DNA from: an uncultured Pseudomonadota bacterium | GTDB taxonomy: Bacteria; Pseudomonadota; Alphaproteobacteria; JACZXZ01 | DNA length: 64,000 bases | NCBI GenBank assembly: GCA_963749075.1 | Contig: CAVVLJ010000023.1 | Coordinates: 35,561 to 99,560, forward strand | Reading direction: 5' to 3' | Shown here: in pieces, positions 48,872 through 59,782 of the stretch | How the letters are laid out: each line of letters starts with the position of its first letter | How positions within the stretch are numbered: position 1 is the first letter of the stretch | The notes under the pieces: generated by a model | Databases searched by the model: none | What the model saw: only the letters and a program-made list of their open reading frames with translations | What the model was told of the DNA's origin: nothing | Program-made: the position numbers and the translations under genes

Positions 48872-49704
48872 AGCCCGCCGCCTTCGCTTACGCGCGCCCG
48901 GCGAGCCTCGCGGAAGCGGGCGAGCTATTGCGGAGTGCTGACGGCGCCAAGGCGCTCGCCGGCGGCCAGTCGCTCGGCCCCATGCTCAACCTGCGCCTCG
49001 TCGAGCCGCGGCTCCTCGTCGATCTGACCGGCATCGCGGAGCTCACGCGCGTCGAGGAGGAGCGCGACGCCGTGACACTCGGCGCCTGCATCACCCATGC
49101 CGACATCGAGGACGGCCGCGTCCCCGATCCCACGGGCGGCCCGCTCGCCGCGATTGCTGCCGGCATCGCCTATCGCGCCGTGCGCAACCGCGGCACCATC
49201 GGCGGCAGCCTCTGCCACGCCGATCCGGCGGCCGACTGGGTCTCGGTGCTCGCCTGCCTCGGCGCCGAGGCGGTGATCGCGGGCGCTTCCGGGCGCCGCA
49301 TCCTGCCGGTCGAGCGCTTCATCCGCGGCGCCTTCGAGGCAGCACTCGAGCCGGGCGAGCTCCTCTCGGCGGTGCGCATCCCGCGCCTCTCGCCGAGTGC
49401 GCGCTGGGGCTTTTGCAAGCTCTGCCGCAAGCCGGGCGAGTTCGCCCATGCGCTGGCGGCGGTGGCGTGCGATCCCGCCCGCGGCTTCCTCCGTCTCGTG
49501 CTCGGCGCCACGGGCGGCGCTCCGATGCTGTTGCCGGATGCCGCGTCCTTCTTCGAAGAGGCGGGCGGGACGGGGACGCTCGGCCGCTTCCGGCACGCGC
49601 ACGCGGCGGAGCTTTTAGCCCAAGCCGTCCCTGGCGATGCGATCGAGCGGCAGTGGCGGCTCGCGGCCCTCAAGCGCGCCGCGGCCGCGGCGGGCGCCGC
49701 ATGA
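48868..49704 (+). CDS. FAD-binding medium subunit (CoxM-like)
   Basis: FAYARPASLAEAGELL...ALAGGQSLGPMLNLRLVEP..LVDL...AVRNRGTIGGSLCHADPAAD. ATGA overlap with the large subunit. Confidence 0.88.
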   Translation: MKPAAFAYARPASLAEAGELLRSADGAKALAGGQSLGPMLNLRLVEPRLLVDLTGIAELTRVEEERDAVTLGACITHADIEDGRVPDPTGGPLAAIAAGIAYRAVRNRGTIGGSLCHADPAADWVSVLACLGAEAVIAGASGRRILPVERFIRGAFEAALEPGELLSAVRIPRLSPSARWGFCKLCRKPGEFAHALAAVACDPARGFLRLVLGATGGAPMLLPDAASFFEEAGGTGTLGRFRHAHAAELLAQAVPGDAIERQWRLAALKRAAAAAGAA

Positions 49705-50903
49705 CGACGGTCCGTCTCAGCGTGAACGGCAAGCCGGTCGAGGCGGAGGTCGAGCCGCGTCTGCAGCTCGCCGAATTCTTGCGCGAGCATCTCCTCGAGA
49801 CCGGCACTCATCTCGGCTGCGAGCACGGCATCTGCGGCGCCTGCACGGTGCTGATCGACGGCGCGCCCGCGCGCTCCTGCATCGCCTACGCGGTCGCTTG
49901 CGAGGGTGCCGAGGTCACCACCATCGAGGGGCTGGACGGCGACGCGACCATGGCGAAGCTGCGCCGCGCCTTCGCGCGCGAGCACGCGCTGCAATGCGGC
50001 TTCTGCACGCCCGGCATGCTGGCGAGCGCGCGCGACATCGTGCTGCGCCTGCCCGACGCCGATGCGCGGCGCATCCGCCTCGAGCTCGCGGGCAACCTCT
50101 GCCGCTGCACCGGCTATGTCGGCATCGTGCGCGCGATTGCGAGCGTGCTCGAGGAGAACCGCCGCGTCGGGCGCGCAACAAGCCCGGCAGCACCACGGCG
50201 CCTCGGGCCCGTCGGCGCGCGGCCGGCCGTGGCAGCGGCTCAACCGGCATCCGCGATTGCCGCGGCGGCCGCCGCGGTGCCGCAACCTTCGAGTGCCGTT
50301 GGCCGGCCGGCCGAGGCCTTCAAGCCCGCCAGAGTCATAGCACGGTCCTTCGTCCTCAAGGCGCCGCCGGAGCGCGCCTGGCCGTGCTTCAAGGAAGTGG
50401 AGCTCCTCGCCGCCTGTTTGCCGGGTGCTTCGCTGACGAGGCCCGTGCGGGATGGCCAGCTCGAGGGCCTCTTGCGCGTGCGGCTCGGGCCCATCGCCGC
50501 CGCCTTTGCCGGCAGCGGCCAGGCGAGCTGGGACGACCGCACCTTCAGCGGCAAGCTGCGCGGCGGCGGGCGCGACCCCGCGAGCCGCTCGCAAGTCCAG
50601 GGCGAGATCGCCTTCGCGCTCGCCGCGGCCAGGGACGGCGGCACGCGCGTCGAGGTCGAGATCGGCTTCGCGCTCGCAGGTCCCCTCGCCCAGTTCGGCC
50701 GCGGCGCCATCGTCGACGACCTCGCGGCTCGTCTCACCGCGGAGTTCGCGCGCAACCTCGACGCCCGCATCGCGGCACGGCTCGGCGGCAGAGACAGCGC
50801 AGCGCCCGCCGCCGCCGCAGAGCTCCGCGCCGGCTCGCTCCTCCTCTCGGTCATATGGGCGCGCGTCAAGTCGTGGCTCAAGCGCGCGCTCGGGCGGCGC
50901 TGA
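49701..50903 (+). CDS. [2Fe-2S] small subunit (CoxS-like) fused to a CoxG/SRPBCC domain
   Basis: GCEHGICGACTVLIDG...LQCGFCTPGM...GNLCRCTGYVGIV is followed by an Ala/Pro linker, then ...SFVLKAPPERAWPCFKEVELLAACLPGASL...GEIAFAL...VEVEIGFALAGPLAQFGRGAIVDDLAARL. Confidence 0.85.
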   Translation: MTTVRLSVNGKPVEAEVEPRLQLAEFLREHLLETGTHLGCEHGICGACTVLIDGAPARSCIAYAVACEGAEVTTIEGLDGDATMAKLRRAFAREHALQCGFCTPGMLASARDIVLRLPDADARRIRLELAGNLCRCTGYVGIVRAIASVLEENRRVGRATSPAAPRRLGPVGARPAVAAAQPASAIAAAAAAVPQPSSAVGRPAEAFKPARVIARSFVLKAPPERAWPCFKEVELLAACLPGASLTRPVRDGQLEGLLRVRLGPIAAAFAGSGQASWDDRTFSGKLRGGGRDPASRSQVQGEIAFALAAARDGGTRVEVEIGFALAGPLAQFGRGAIVDDLAARLTAEFARNLDARIAARLGGRDSAAPAAAAELRAGSLLLSVIWARVKSWLKRALGRR

Positions 50904-51120
50904 GAGATCGCGCGTCTACGTCTGCAGATGAAGACGCCGGATCAAATTCGCTTCCCCTCCAGAGTGCTGCAGCGCGGCCTGAAACATAGTCCTTCAAAAC
51001 GGCGTTGACAGGTTATATACAATATGTGAGCCTCGCCCTTGCCTTTGCCGGCACCGGCTGCGAAACTCGCATGGCCGTTGAGGGGGGAGCCGAGCGCCGG
51101 CGTCTTGTGGGGCGGAGGCC

Positions 51121-51513
51121 ATGAAGCAGGCCGCGGCGGTGCGCACATCTCCCGACCATCCGGCGAAGCTGATCGCGCGGATGTGGCGCGGCCAGACCGA
51201 GGCGAGCAAGGCCGAGGAATATGCGCGCTACCTCTACGAGGCAGGGGTGACGAAGATCGCGGCAATCCCCGGAAACCGAGGCGTCCAGATGCTGCGCCAG
51301 ATCCACGACGGCGTCGCGGACTTCGCCGTGCTCTCCTACTGGGACTCGTTCGATGCCATCAAGCGCTTTGCCGGCGAGGACTATGGCAAGGTCCGTCATC
51401 TGCCAAGGGATCCCGAATACATGATCGGAGCGGAGCCGGCGGTCCGCCATTTCGAGGTCATCGTCAACGACTGGACTGAGACGGTGCCCAAATCTCGCCA
51501 AAATATAGGTTAG
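51121..51513 (+). CDS. ABM-like / dimeric alpha-beta-barrel protein (function unknown)
   Basis: IARMWRGQTEASKAEEYARYLYEAGVTKIAAIPGNRGVQMLRQI..DFAVLSYWDSFDAIKRFAGED. 130 aa. Confidence 0.55.
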   Translation: MKQAAAVRTSPDHPAKLIARMWRGQTEASKAEEYARYLYEAGVTKIAAIPGNRGVQMLRQIHDGVADFAVLSYWDSFDAIKRFAGEDYGKVRHLPRDPEYMIGAEPAVRHFEVIVNDWTETVPKSRQNIG

Positions 51514-51652
51514 ACTGAGAGCGCGCGACGGGACGCCGCACACGACGAGCAAGAAGCGAGGCGCCCGAAGACAAGGGATGGCGTGCGCCCAGCGAGCGCA
51601 GGAGAGGCTCGCAATCGGGCGCAAATCTCGCAATGACAACCGGGAGATGGAA

Positions 51653-52903
51653 ATGATGACGTATATAAAGAGCTGCACTGTTGCGGCGCTCGCGATCGCG
51701 GCGCTCGGGCTCATTCCCTCGGCCTATGCCAAGGAGACCAAGGGTCCTGTCACCGACGATATCGGCGTGCTGGCGATACCCAAGGGCGCGCCGATCCAGT
51801 TCGGCGCCTATTGGGTGATGTCCGGCGCCGATTCGGCACTCGGCATCGACGAGAAGCGCGGCGTCGAGATCGCCTTCAAGGATCACGGCGGCAAGCTGCT
51901 GGGCCATCCGATCAAGCTCAACGTCGAGGACGACCTGTGCAGCGCCGAGGGCGGCCAGACGGCGGCGACCAAGCTCGCGGCGAACCCCAACACCGCCATC
52001 GTGCTCGGCTCGGCCTGCTCGAGTGCCGCGACGCCGGCAGCACCCATCCTGTGGAAGGCCGGCATCACGGACATCGGCACCGCGGACACGGCACCGGCGC
52101 TGACGGCGCCCGACCGCAAGCCCGAGTATGACGGCTTCATGCGAACCGTCTACAGCGACATCGATCAGGGAGCCGCGGACGCGAAATACGTGTACGGGAC
52201 CCTGAAGGCCCGCAAGATCGTGACCATCCACGACGGCAGCCCCTACGCGCAGCAGCTCGCCACGGTTATGGCGAACAACTTCAAGAAGATGGGCGGCACG
52301 GTGCTCTCTGCCGAGGCGGTGGCGCCGACCGACGTCGACATGCACCCGGTTTTGACGCGCATCGCGACGGAGAAGCCGGATGTCATCTATATGCCGATCT
52401 TCGTCGCTGCCGGTGCCCAGCTCTTGCGCCAGTCCAAGGACATCCCGGGGCTCGAGAAAGTGCCGCTCATCGGCAGCTCGGGAATGATGGCCCCCGACAT
52501 GATCGAGGCGGCGCGCGAGGCCATCGTGGGCTTCCGCATCACCTACCCGGACGTCTCTCCGGCGGCCATGGGCAAGGGCTATCCGAAGCTCGTCGCGGCG
52601 TACACGAAGGACTATGGCGAGGCGCCCATCTCGGGCTACCACCAGAATGCCTATGATGCGGCCGAGCTCGCCATGAAGGGGATCGAGAAAGTCGCCAAGA
52701 CGGACGCCAGCGGCACCACCTACATCGGCCGCAAGGCGCTGCGCGACGCCCTCCTCAAGATCAAGTTCGAGGGCGTCAGCGGGCCGATTGCGTGCGACGC
52801 TTACGGCGAGTGCGCGCAGTTCAAGCCCGCGGTCTACGAATTCACCAACGGCGACCCCAAGACGTTCAAGATCGGCGCAAACCCGAAGAAGATCTGGCCC
52901 TGA
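51653..52903 (+). CDS. ABC transporter substrate-binding protein (LivK / branched-chain-amino-acid type)
   Basis: Signal MMTYIKSCTVAALAIAALGLIPSAYA, then ...IQFGAYWVMSGADSALGIDEKRGVEIAFKD.. Start is ambiguous among ATGs at 51647, 51653 and 51656. Confidence 0.85.
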   Translation: MMTYIKSCTVAALAIAALGLIPSAYAKETKGPVTDDIGVLAIPKGAPIQFGAYWVMSGADSALGIDEKRGVEIAFKDHGGKLLGHPIKLNVEDDLCSAEGGQTAATKLAANPNTAIVLGSACSSAATPAAPILWKAGITDIGTADTAPALTAPDRKPEYDGFMRTVYSDIDQGAADAKYVYGTLKARKIVTIHDGSPYAQQLATVMANNFKKMGGTVLSAEAVAPTDVDMHPVLTRIATEKPDVIYMPIFVAAGAQLLRQSKDIPGLEKVPLIGSSGMMAPDMIEAAREAIVGFRITYPDVSPAAMGKGYPKLVAAYTKDYGEAPISGYHQNAYDAAELAMKGIEKVAKTDASGTTYIGRKALRDALLKIKFEGVSGPIACDAYGECAQFKPAVYEFTNGDPKTFKIGANPKKIWP

Positions 52904-52981
52904 TCCTCGGCCGGAATAGCCTCGACAACCCGCGATGGCGCCTTGCGGCGCCATCGCGGCCGTCCTATTGATCGAGCGGTG

Positions 52982-54091
52982 ATGCGCCCCCGAAATCCCG
53001 AGGATGCCCGTGCGGGCCGGACCTGGGTACCGAGGTTGAGCTCGCTCGCCCGCTTCACCTTCGTCGACGTGATCCTTTGGGCGTTGCGCATCGGCGTGGT
53101 CTTCGTCGTCGTCGGCGGCACCATCGGCACCCTCTTGAAGGGCCGCTACGATGCCGCCCAGTGGTTCGACTTCCTCGTCTTCGGGCTCACCATCGGCAGC
53201 GTCTACGCGCTGGTCGCCCTCGGCTACACGATGGTCTACGGCGTCTTGCGCCTCATCAATTTCGCCCATGGCGACATCATGATGACGGGGGCGTTCGCCG
53301 GCTATTACGTGGCTTCCGAATTCGCCGAGAACGGGCTGCTCGACAGGCGTCCCGTGCTGGCGATGATCGTCATCCTGGCCGCCGGCATCGCCACCTCGAC
53401 GACCATCGCCGTGCTCACCGAGCGCATCGCCTACCGCCCCTTCCGGCACGTGCGCGGCTTCGCCCCCCTCATCTGCGCGATCGGCGTGTCGTTCTTCCTC
53501 GAGCAGACCTTCCGCGGCGCCTTGGGCGCCAGCATCCGGGCGTATCCGGATCCGAAATGGCAGCACGCGATGATCAACGTCTTCGGCTTCGGCGTGCCCC
53601 GGGTCGAGGCCCTGGTGGTCGTCGCGGCGATCGTCTCGATGATCGTGCTCTACGTCGTCGTCCAGCGCACGCGGATGGGAACGGCCATGCGGGCCGTCTC
53701 CGAGGACACCGACGCGGCGGCCATGATGGGCATCGACGTGAACAAGGTCGTGGTCTTCACCTTCGCACTCGGCGGCATCATGGCCGGCATCGCCGGCGTG
53801 TGCTACGCCTTCGTCTTCAAGCAGGTCTATTTCTTCATGGGCTTCACGCCCGGCATCAAGGCCTTTGGGGCTGCCGTCTTGGGCGGCATCGGCAGCGTTC
53901 CGGGTGCCATGCTCGGCGGCTTTTTCCTCGGTCTCGTCGAGTTGATCGGGCCCGCCCTCTTCCTCGACGGGATCGGCGTCACGGCACCCTATCAGCTGCG
54001 CGATCTCATCGCCTTCACCCTCCTCATCATGGTCCTCATCTTCCGTCCCTCCGGCATCCTCGGCGAGCGCATGGCGAAGAAGCGAGCATAG
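52982..54091 (+). CDS. ABC transporter permease (LivH-type)
   Basis: FGLTIGSVYALVALGYTMVYGVLRLINFAHGDIMMTGAF... The start is uncertain (ATG at 52982, or the TTG at 52943 that heads the ORF). Confidence 0.85.
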   Translation: MRPRNPEDARAGRTWVPRLSSLARFTFVDVILWALRIGVVFVVVGGTIGTLLKGRYDAAQWFDFLVFGLTIGSVYALVALGYTMVYGVLRLINFAHGDIMMTGAFAGYYVASEFAENGLLDRRPVLAMIVILAAGIATSTTIAVLTERIAYRPFRHVRGFAPLICAIGVSFFLEQTFRGALGASIRAYPDPKWQHAMINVFGFGVPRVEALVVVAAIVSMIVLYVVVQRTRMGTAMRAVSEDTDAAAMMGIDVNKVVVFTFALGGIMAGIAGVCYAFVFKQVYFFMGFTPGIKAFGAAVLGGIGSVPGAMLGGFFLGLVELIGPALFLDGIGVTAPYQLRDLIAFTLLIMVLIFRPSGILGERMAKKRA

Positions 54092-54093
54092 GC

Positions 54094-55899
54094 ATGACGG
54101 TCGCGGCGATCGGTCCCGCAGCCGGCAGCGCCCGACAGGCGCCGTCCCCGCTCAAGCGGGCGGTGACCTTGGGACTCGTCTTCGGCGCCGTCGCCGTCTA
54201 TATCGCCGTCGTCGGCATCCTGCCGATGATGGACGCGCGCGCGGTCGTGGTCGGCGTGGTGTCGCTCGGCCATGCGGCGTTGCTCGCGATCGGGCTGGGT
54301 GCGGGGGTCGCCGTGGCCAAGCGCCGCGGCACCGGCAGCGTGGCGCCGCTCGCGCTCCAGAGTGCCGTCGCCGGCGCCATTGCCGGCGGCCTCCTGGCCG
54401 CCCTCGTGACGGCGATGCAGCTTTTCGACCTGCGCACGATCTTCATCGCCCTCTCGCCGGATCTCTTCCAGACGCTGACCTTCGGGCTCGGCCTGCCGCT
54501 CGGGCCCCTCCTCCTGGCCGCTGCCGGGGCCGTGCTCGGGATGCTCGGCGCCGCCCTCTCGCTGGCACCCGCGACCCTGCGCCGGCCCGTCCTCGTCGGC
54601 CTCGCCTTCGTCGTCTTTTTCGGGGTCTTCCAGGAACTCATCCAGATCATGATGCAGTTCGGCGACCTCGTCGGGGCGCTGCGCGACGCGATCTACACCT
54701 GGGAGGGCCTCACGCCCGAGGGTGCGGTCGCGATCTTCGTGGTGACGGGATTCGCGGCATTCATCTGGACGAAGACGCTGCGCGGCGCGGTGCACAGGCG
54801 GACGGCGCGATTTACCCCGGCCCAGCACGCCTACGCCAAGGCCGCGAAGATCGCCGGCTGGGTGCTGCTTCTCGTGCTCTTCCCGATCGTGGCCGGCTCC
54901 TATATCGGGCAGGTCATGATGCTGGTCGGGCTCTATACCCTGATGGGCATGGGCCTCAATCTCGAGGTCGGGCTCGCCGGCCTGCTCGATCTCGGTTTCG
55001 TCGCCTTCTTCGCCGTCGGCGCCTACACGACGGCCCTTCTGACCGCCGACAGCCCCCACGCGCTCGCCAGCTACACGCTGCTGCCGAGCCTCACCTATTG
55101 GGAGGCGATGCCGATCGCCGTCCTCTTCTCGGTGATCGGCGGCGTTCTCTTCGGCATCCCCGTGCTCGGCGTGCGGGGCGATTATCTCGCCGTCGCCACC
55201 ATGGGGCTCGGCGAGATCGTGCGGGTCACCGTGTCGTCGGACATGGCGGCACCGCTCCTCGGCGGCGCCCAGGGCGTCCTGCAGATTCCCAAACCATGGA
55301 TTTTCGGTTTCGAGCTGAGCGACCCGGTCGAGCTCTTCTTCGTGACCCTTGTGGCTTCGGCCGTCGCGGCCTACTGCGCTTGGCGCCTCGAGAACTCGCG
55401 GCTGGGCCGGGCCTGGATGGCGGTGCGCGACGACGAGGACGTGGCCCAGGCGCTCGGCATCAACCTTGTCAAGGTCAAGCTCCTCGCCTACGGGCTGGGG
55501 GCCGCCTTCGCCGGGCTTTCCGGCTCGATCTTCGCGGCCATGCTGACCTCGATCTATCCGAGCAGCTTCCAGCTCCTCATCTCGATCAACGTGCTGGCGC
55601 TGATCATCGTCGGCGGCATGGGCTCACTCCCGGGCGTCGTCCTGGGTGCCGTCGCCCTCGTCGGACTGCCGGAGCTCCTGCGCGAGTTCGGCGAGTACCG
55701 CTACCTCTTCTATGGCGCGGCGCTCATCATCATGATGCGCATCAAGCCCGAGGGCCTGTGGCCGTCGGCGGCGCGCCGCCGCGAGCTGCGCGACGCCGCG
55801 GGCGAGGCGGCGGTCGAGGGCGGCGACGCGCCCGCCGGCGACGATGCGACTACGGTCGGCGACACCAGCATCCCGCGCGTCGAAACCGCGGTGAGATAG
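54094..55899 (+). CDS. ABC transporter permease (LivM-type) with a ~280-aa N-terminal multi-TM extension
   Basis: The C-terminal half GLYTLMGMGLNLEVGLAGLLDLGFVAFFAVGAYT...RGDYLAVATMGLGEI is the LivM core. The preceding half is hydrophobic. 601 aa. Confidence 0.85.
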   Translation: MTVAAIGPAAGSARQAPSPLKRAVTLGLVFGAVAVYIAVVGILPMMDARAVVVGVVSLGHAALLAIGLGAGVAVAKRRGTGSVAPLALQSAVAGAIAGGLLAALVTAMQLFDLRTIFIALSPDLFQTLTFGLGLPLGPLLLAAAGAVLGMLGAALSLAPATLRRPVLVGLAFVVFFGVFQELIQIMMQFGDLVGALRDAIYTWEGLTPEGAVAIFVVTGFAAFIWTKTLRGAVHRRTARFTPAQHAYAKAAKIAGWVLLLVLFPIVAGSYIGQVMMLVGLYTLMGMGLNLEVGLAGLLDLGFVAFFAVGAYTTALLTADSPHALASYTLLPSLTYWEAMPIAVLFSVIGGVLFGIPVLGVRGDYLAVATMGLGEIVRVTVSSDMAAPLLGGAQGVLQIPKPWIFGFELSDPVELFFVTLVASAVAAYCAWRLENSRLGRAWMAVRDDEDVAQALGINLVKVKLLAYGLGAAFAGLSGSIFAAMLTSIYPSSFQLLISINVLALIIVGGMGSLPGVVLGAVALVGLPELLREFGEYRYLFYGAALIIMMRIKPEGLWPSAARRRELRDAAGEAAVEGGDAPAGDDATTVGDTSIPRVETAVR

Positions 55900-55908
55900 G
55901 GGGCCGCG

Positions 55909-56757
<849 letters not shown>

Positions 56758-56784
56758 CGGCGGCGCTGAGGGAGCGAGACAGCC

Positions 56785-57492
<708 letters not shown>

Positions 57493-57537
57493 GCGCCCGG
57501 CGAAAAACGGACTCCGATCTCGATTTTTCCCGCTACC

Positions 57538-57620
57538 GTCATGGCCGCGCTTGTCGCGGCCATCCACGTCGGTTTCCCATGGCTGTGAGACGTGGATGGC
57601 CGGCCTTCGCCGGCCATGAC
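57538..57620. repeat. REP-like paired-hairpin repeat, family C
   Basis: GTCATGGCCGCGCTTGTCGCGGCCATCCACGTC ... GACGTGGATGGCCGGCCTTCGCCGGCCATGAC: two inverted hairpin units. Confidence 0.65.
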
Positions 57621-57699
57621 GGCCAAGGACAAAGACAGGGGGCATACGGCAGCGGGGCGGCGTTCGCGCGTCGGTGAGCCGCCTTCGACGCGCGGCGCG

Positions 57700-58935
57700 T
57701 CACTTCTTCTCAAGGAGCGCATCCCTGACCAGCACCTTCGCGTCGTAAAGCTCCGCGATCTCGGCGTCCGAGAGGCCGAGGAGCTCGCGCAGCACCGCCT
57801 CGTTGTGCTCGCCGAGGAGAGGGGCCTTGAGGGCGCTCGGCTCGGGCCAGCGCGAGAACTTGACCGGCATGCCGGGGATGTCGAAGGCGCCGAGCTCGGG
57901 GTCCTCGACGCGGCGCACCGTGCCGCGCGCGCGCAAGTGCGGATGCGCCATCGCCTCGGCGAGCGAGAGCACCGGGGCGCAAGGCACGCGCGCGGCCTCG
58001 AGTGCCGCGATGGCGGCCTCGCGGCTGCCGAGCCGCGCGAGCCACGCCTCGATGACGGCCTTCAGCTCCTCGTTGTGGTCGCGCTTCGCGCGCGGGGAAT
58101 TGAAGCGGGCGTCCTCTCTGAGCTCGGGCATGCCCATCGCCTCGACCATCTGCTGCCACTGGTGCGGCATCACCATGATGGCGAGGAACTCCCCGTCGGC
58201 GCAGCGGAAGTTGCCGTTGGGACCGCCGTCGGGATGGAGCGAGCCGGCGCGCACAGGCAGATGCGCCGCACCGCGCAGCGAGACGCGCGGCACGTTGACC
58301 TCATGCATGTGGAAATAGGTGTCGATGAGCGAGGCGTCGATGTACTGGCCCTCCCCGGTGCGCTCGCGGTGGAGGAGGGCGAAGCCGACCGCCATCGCCG
58401 CGGCGAGGCCGGTTGCGCTGTCGCCGATCGCGGTGGTGAGCTGGGCCGGCCCGCGGTCCGCCTCGCCGATCGTGGAGGTGATGCCGGCATAGGCCGCCGC
58501 CATGTAGTCGTAGCCGGGCTTGGCGCTCAGCGGACCCTCCTGGCCGGCGAGCGAGATCGAGCACATGACGAGCGCCGGGTTGAGCGCCTTGAGCGCCTCA
58601 TAGCCGAGACCGAGGCGCGCGAGCACGCCCGGCGCGAAATTCTCCACCACCACGTCGGCGTGCGGCATCATCCTGTGGAGGAGTGCCACGCCGCGCGGCT
58701 CCTTGAGGTCGAGCGCCAAGCTCTTCTTGGAGTGGTTGTGCTGGAAGAAATAGGTGCTCTGCGAGCTCCCTTTGAGCGCCGGCTCGCGCGGCTTGAGCCC
58801 GGCCGCGCGCCCGCGGTCGCCGCCGGGTGCGAGCTCGACCTTGATGACCTCGGCCCCCATCTCGGCGAGGATGCGCGTAGCCGTGGGCCCGGCCACGAAC
58901 TGGGTGATGTCGAGCACGCAGTAGCCGCTCAGCAT
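57700..58935 (-). CDS. CoA transferase, family III (CaiB/BaiF)
   Basis: MLSGYCVLDITQFVAGPTATRILAEMGAEVIKVE...DVVVENFAPGVLARLGLGYEAL. ATG at 58935 lies inside ORF 57700..59013. Confidence 0.9.
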   Translation of the reverse strand: MLSGYCVLDITQFVAGPTATRILAEMGAEVIKVELAPGGDRGRAAGLKPREPALKGSSQSTYFFQHNHSKKSLALDLKEPRGVALLHRMMPHADVVVENFAPGVLARLGLGYEALKALNPALVMCSISLAGQEGPLSAKPGYDYMAAAYAGITSTIGEADRGPAQLTTAIGDSATGLAAAMAVGFALLHRERTGEGQYIDASLIDTYFHMHEVNVPRVSLRGAAHLPVRAGSLHPDGGPNGNFRCADGEFLAIMVMPHQWQQMVEAMGMPELREDARFNSPRAKRDHNEELKAVIEAWLARLGSREAAIAALEAARVPCAPVLSLAEAMAHPHLRARGTVRRVEDPELGAFDIPGMPVKFSRWPEPSALKAPLLGEHNEAVLRELLGLSDAEIAELYDAKVLVRDALLEKK

Positions 58936-58963
58936 GGCGGCCCCGCGGCCGCTCGCTTGCCGC

Positions 58964-59572
58964 TCAGGCACGTGCGAGGCCCTTCTCCTTGAGGCGCTCC
59001 TCGAGGAGCCCAAGGCGGTCGTAGCCCCAGAAGAGCTCGCCCTCGAGCACGAAGATGGGCACGCCGAAAATCCCGTCGGCTACCGACTCCTCCTGGGCGC
59101 GCTCATAGGCGGCAAGCCCCTCGCCCGCGAGATAGGTGCTAAACTCCGCTTCCTGGAGGCCGAGGCCGGCCAAGACCTCTGCGACCGCACCCGGCTGGTC
59201 GACCTCGAGCTCGCGCAGGAAGAAGCGCTTATAGACCGTGCGGCTGTAATCGACGAGGCGGCCGTGGAGATCGGCGAAGAGGCCGCCGATGAGGGCCGGC
59301 GTCGTGTCGTAGATCTTGAGCGGTCCGCGGATCCACAAGCCCCGCGGCTTGGCCCAGCGCCGCGCGTCCATGTAGGAGTATTTGACCTTGTACTCGGAAT
59401 ATTGGCTGCGCTGGCCCTTGCCCTTGAGGCGGAGCTGGAAGGGCATCCAACGCAGGCGTACGCGATAGCGCTCGGCAAGCTCGAAAGCGGGGTCGAAGGC
59501 CAGATAGGCGTAGGGGCTCTTGTAGTCGGAATACATCTTGAGCTCGCTCACGCCGTTTGCCGCGTCGTTCAT
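58964..59572 (-). CDS. 2-hydroxychromene-2-carboxylate isomerase / DsbA-like thioredoxin-fold protein
   Basis: YSDYKSPYAYLAFDP...IFGVPIFVLEGELFWGYDRL. GAGGAGG RBS before the ATG at 59572. Confidence 0.8.
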   Translation of the reverse strand: MNDAANGVSELKMYSDYKSPYAYLAFDPAFELAERYRVRLRWMPFQLRLKGKGQRSQYSEYKVKYSYMDARRWAKPRGLWIRGPLKIYDTTPALIGGLFADLHGRLVDYSRTVYKRFFLRELEVDQPGAVAEVLAGLGLQEAEFSTYLAGEGLAAYERAQEESVADGIFGVPIFVLEGELFWGYDRLGLLEERLKEKGLARA

Positions 59573-59662
59573 GCCGCCTCCTCTTTCTCGCCGCGCATGC
59601 TGCACCTTCGCCGCGCCGAGAGCCCGTCAGAAATCAGGTGCTGCATGATCTCTCCGACCATC

Positions 59663-59747
59663 GTCACACCCGCGAAAGCGGGTGTCCAGAGGTCGTGGGC
59701 GATGCGCCACCTCTGTGGTCCTGGATGCCCGCTCCCGCGGGCATGAC
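59663..59747. repeat. REP-like paired-hairpin repeat, family D
   Basis: GTCACACCCGCGAAAGCGGGTGTCCAG ... CTGGATGCCCGCTCCCGCGGGCATGAC: two inverted hairpin units. Confidence 0.65.
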
Positions 59748-59782
59748 GACATCAGAAGCAATTCGCTCATTTCCGGCGAGTC

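Noticed and set aside
51005-51023. TTGACA followed by TACAAT upstream of the ABM-like gene looked like a sigma-70 promoter.
   Set aside because: The two hexamers are only 7 nt apart instead of 16-18. No alternative -10 hexamer lies at the proper spacing.
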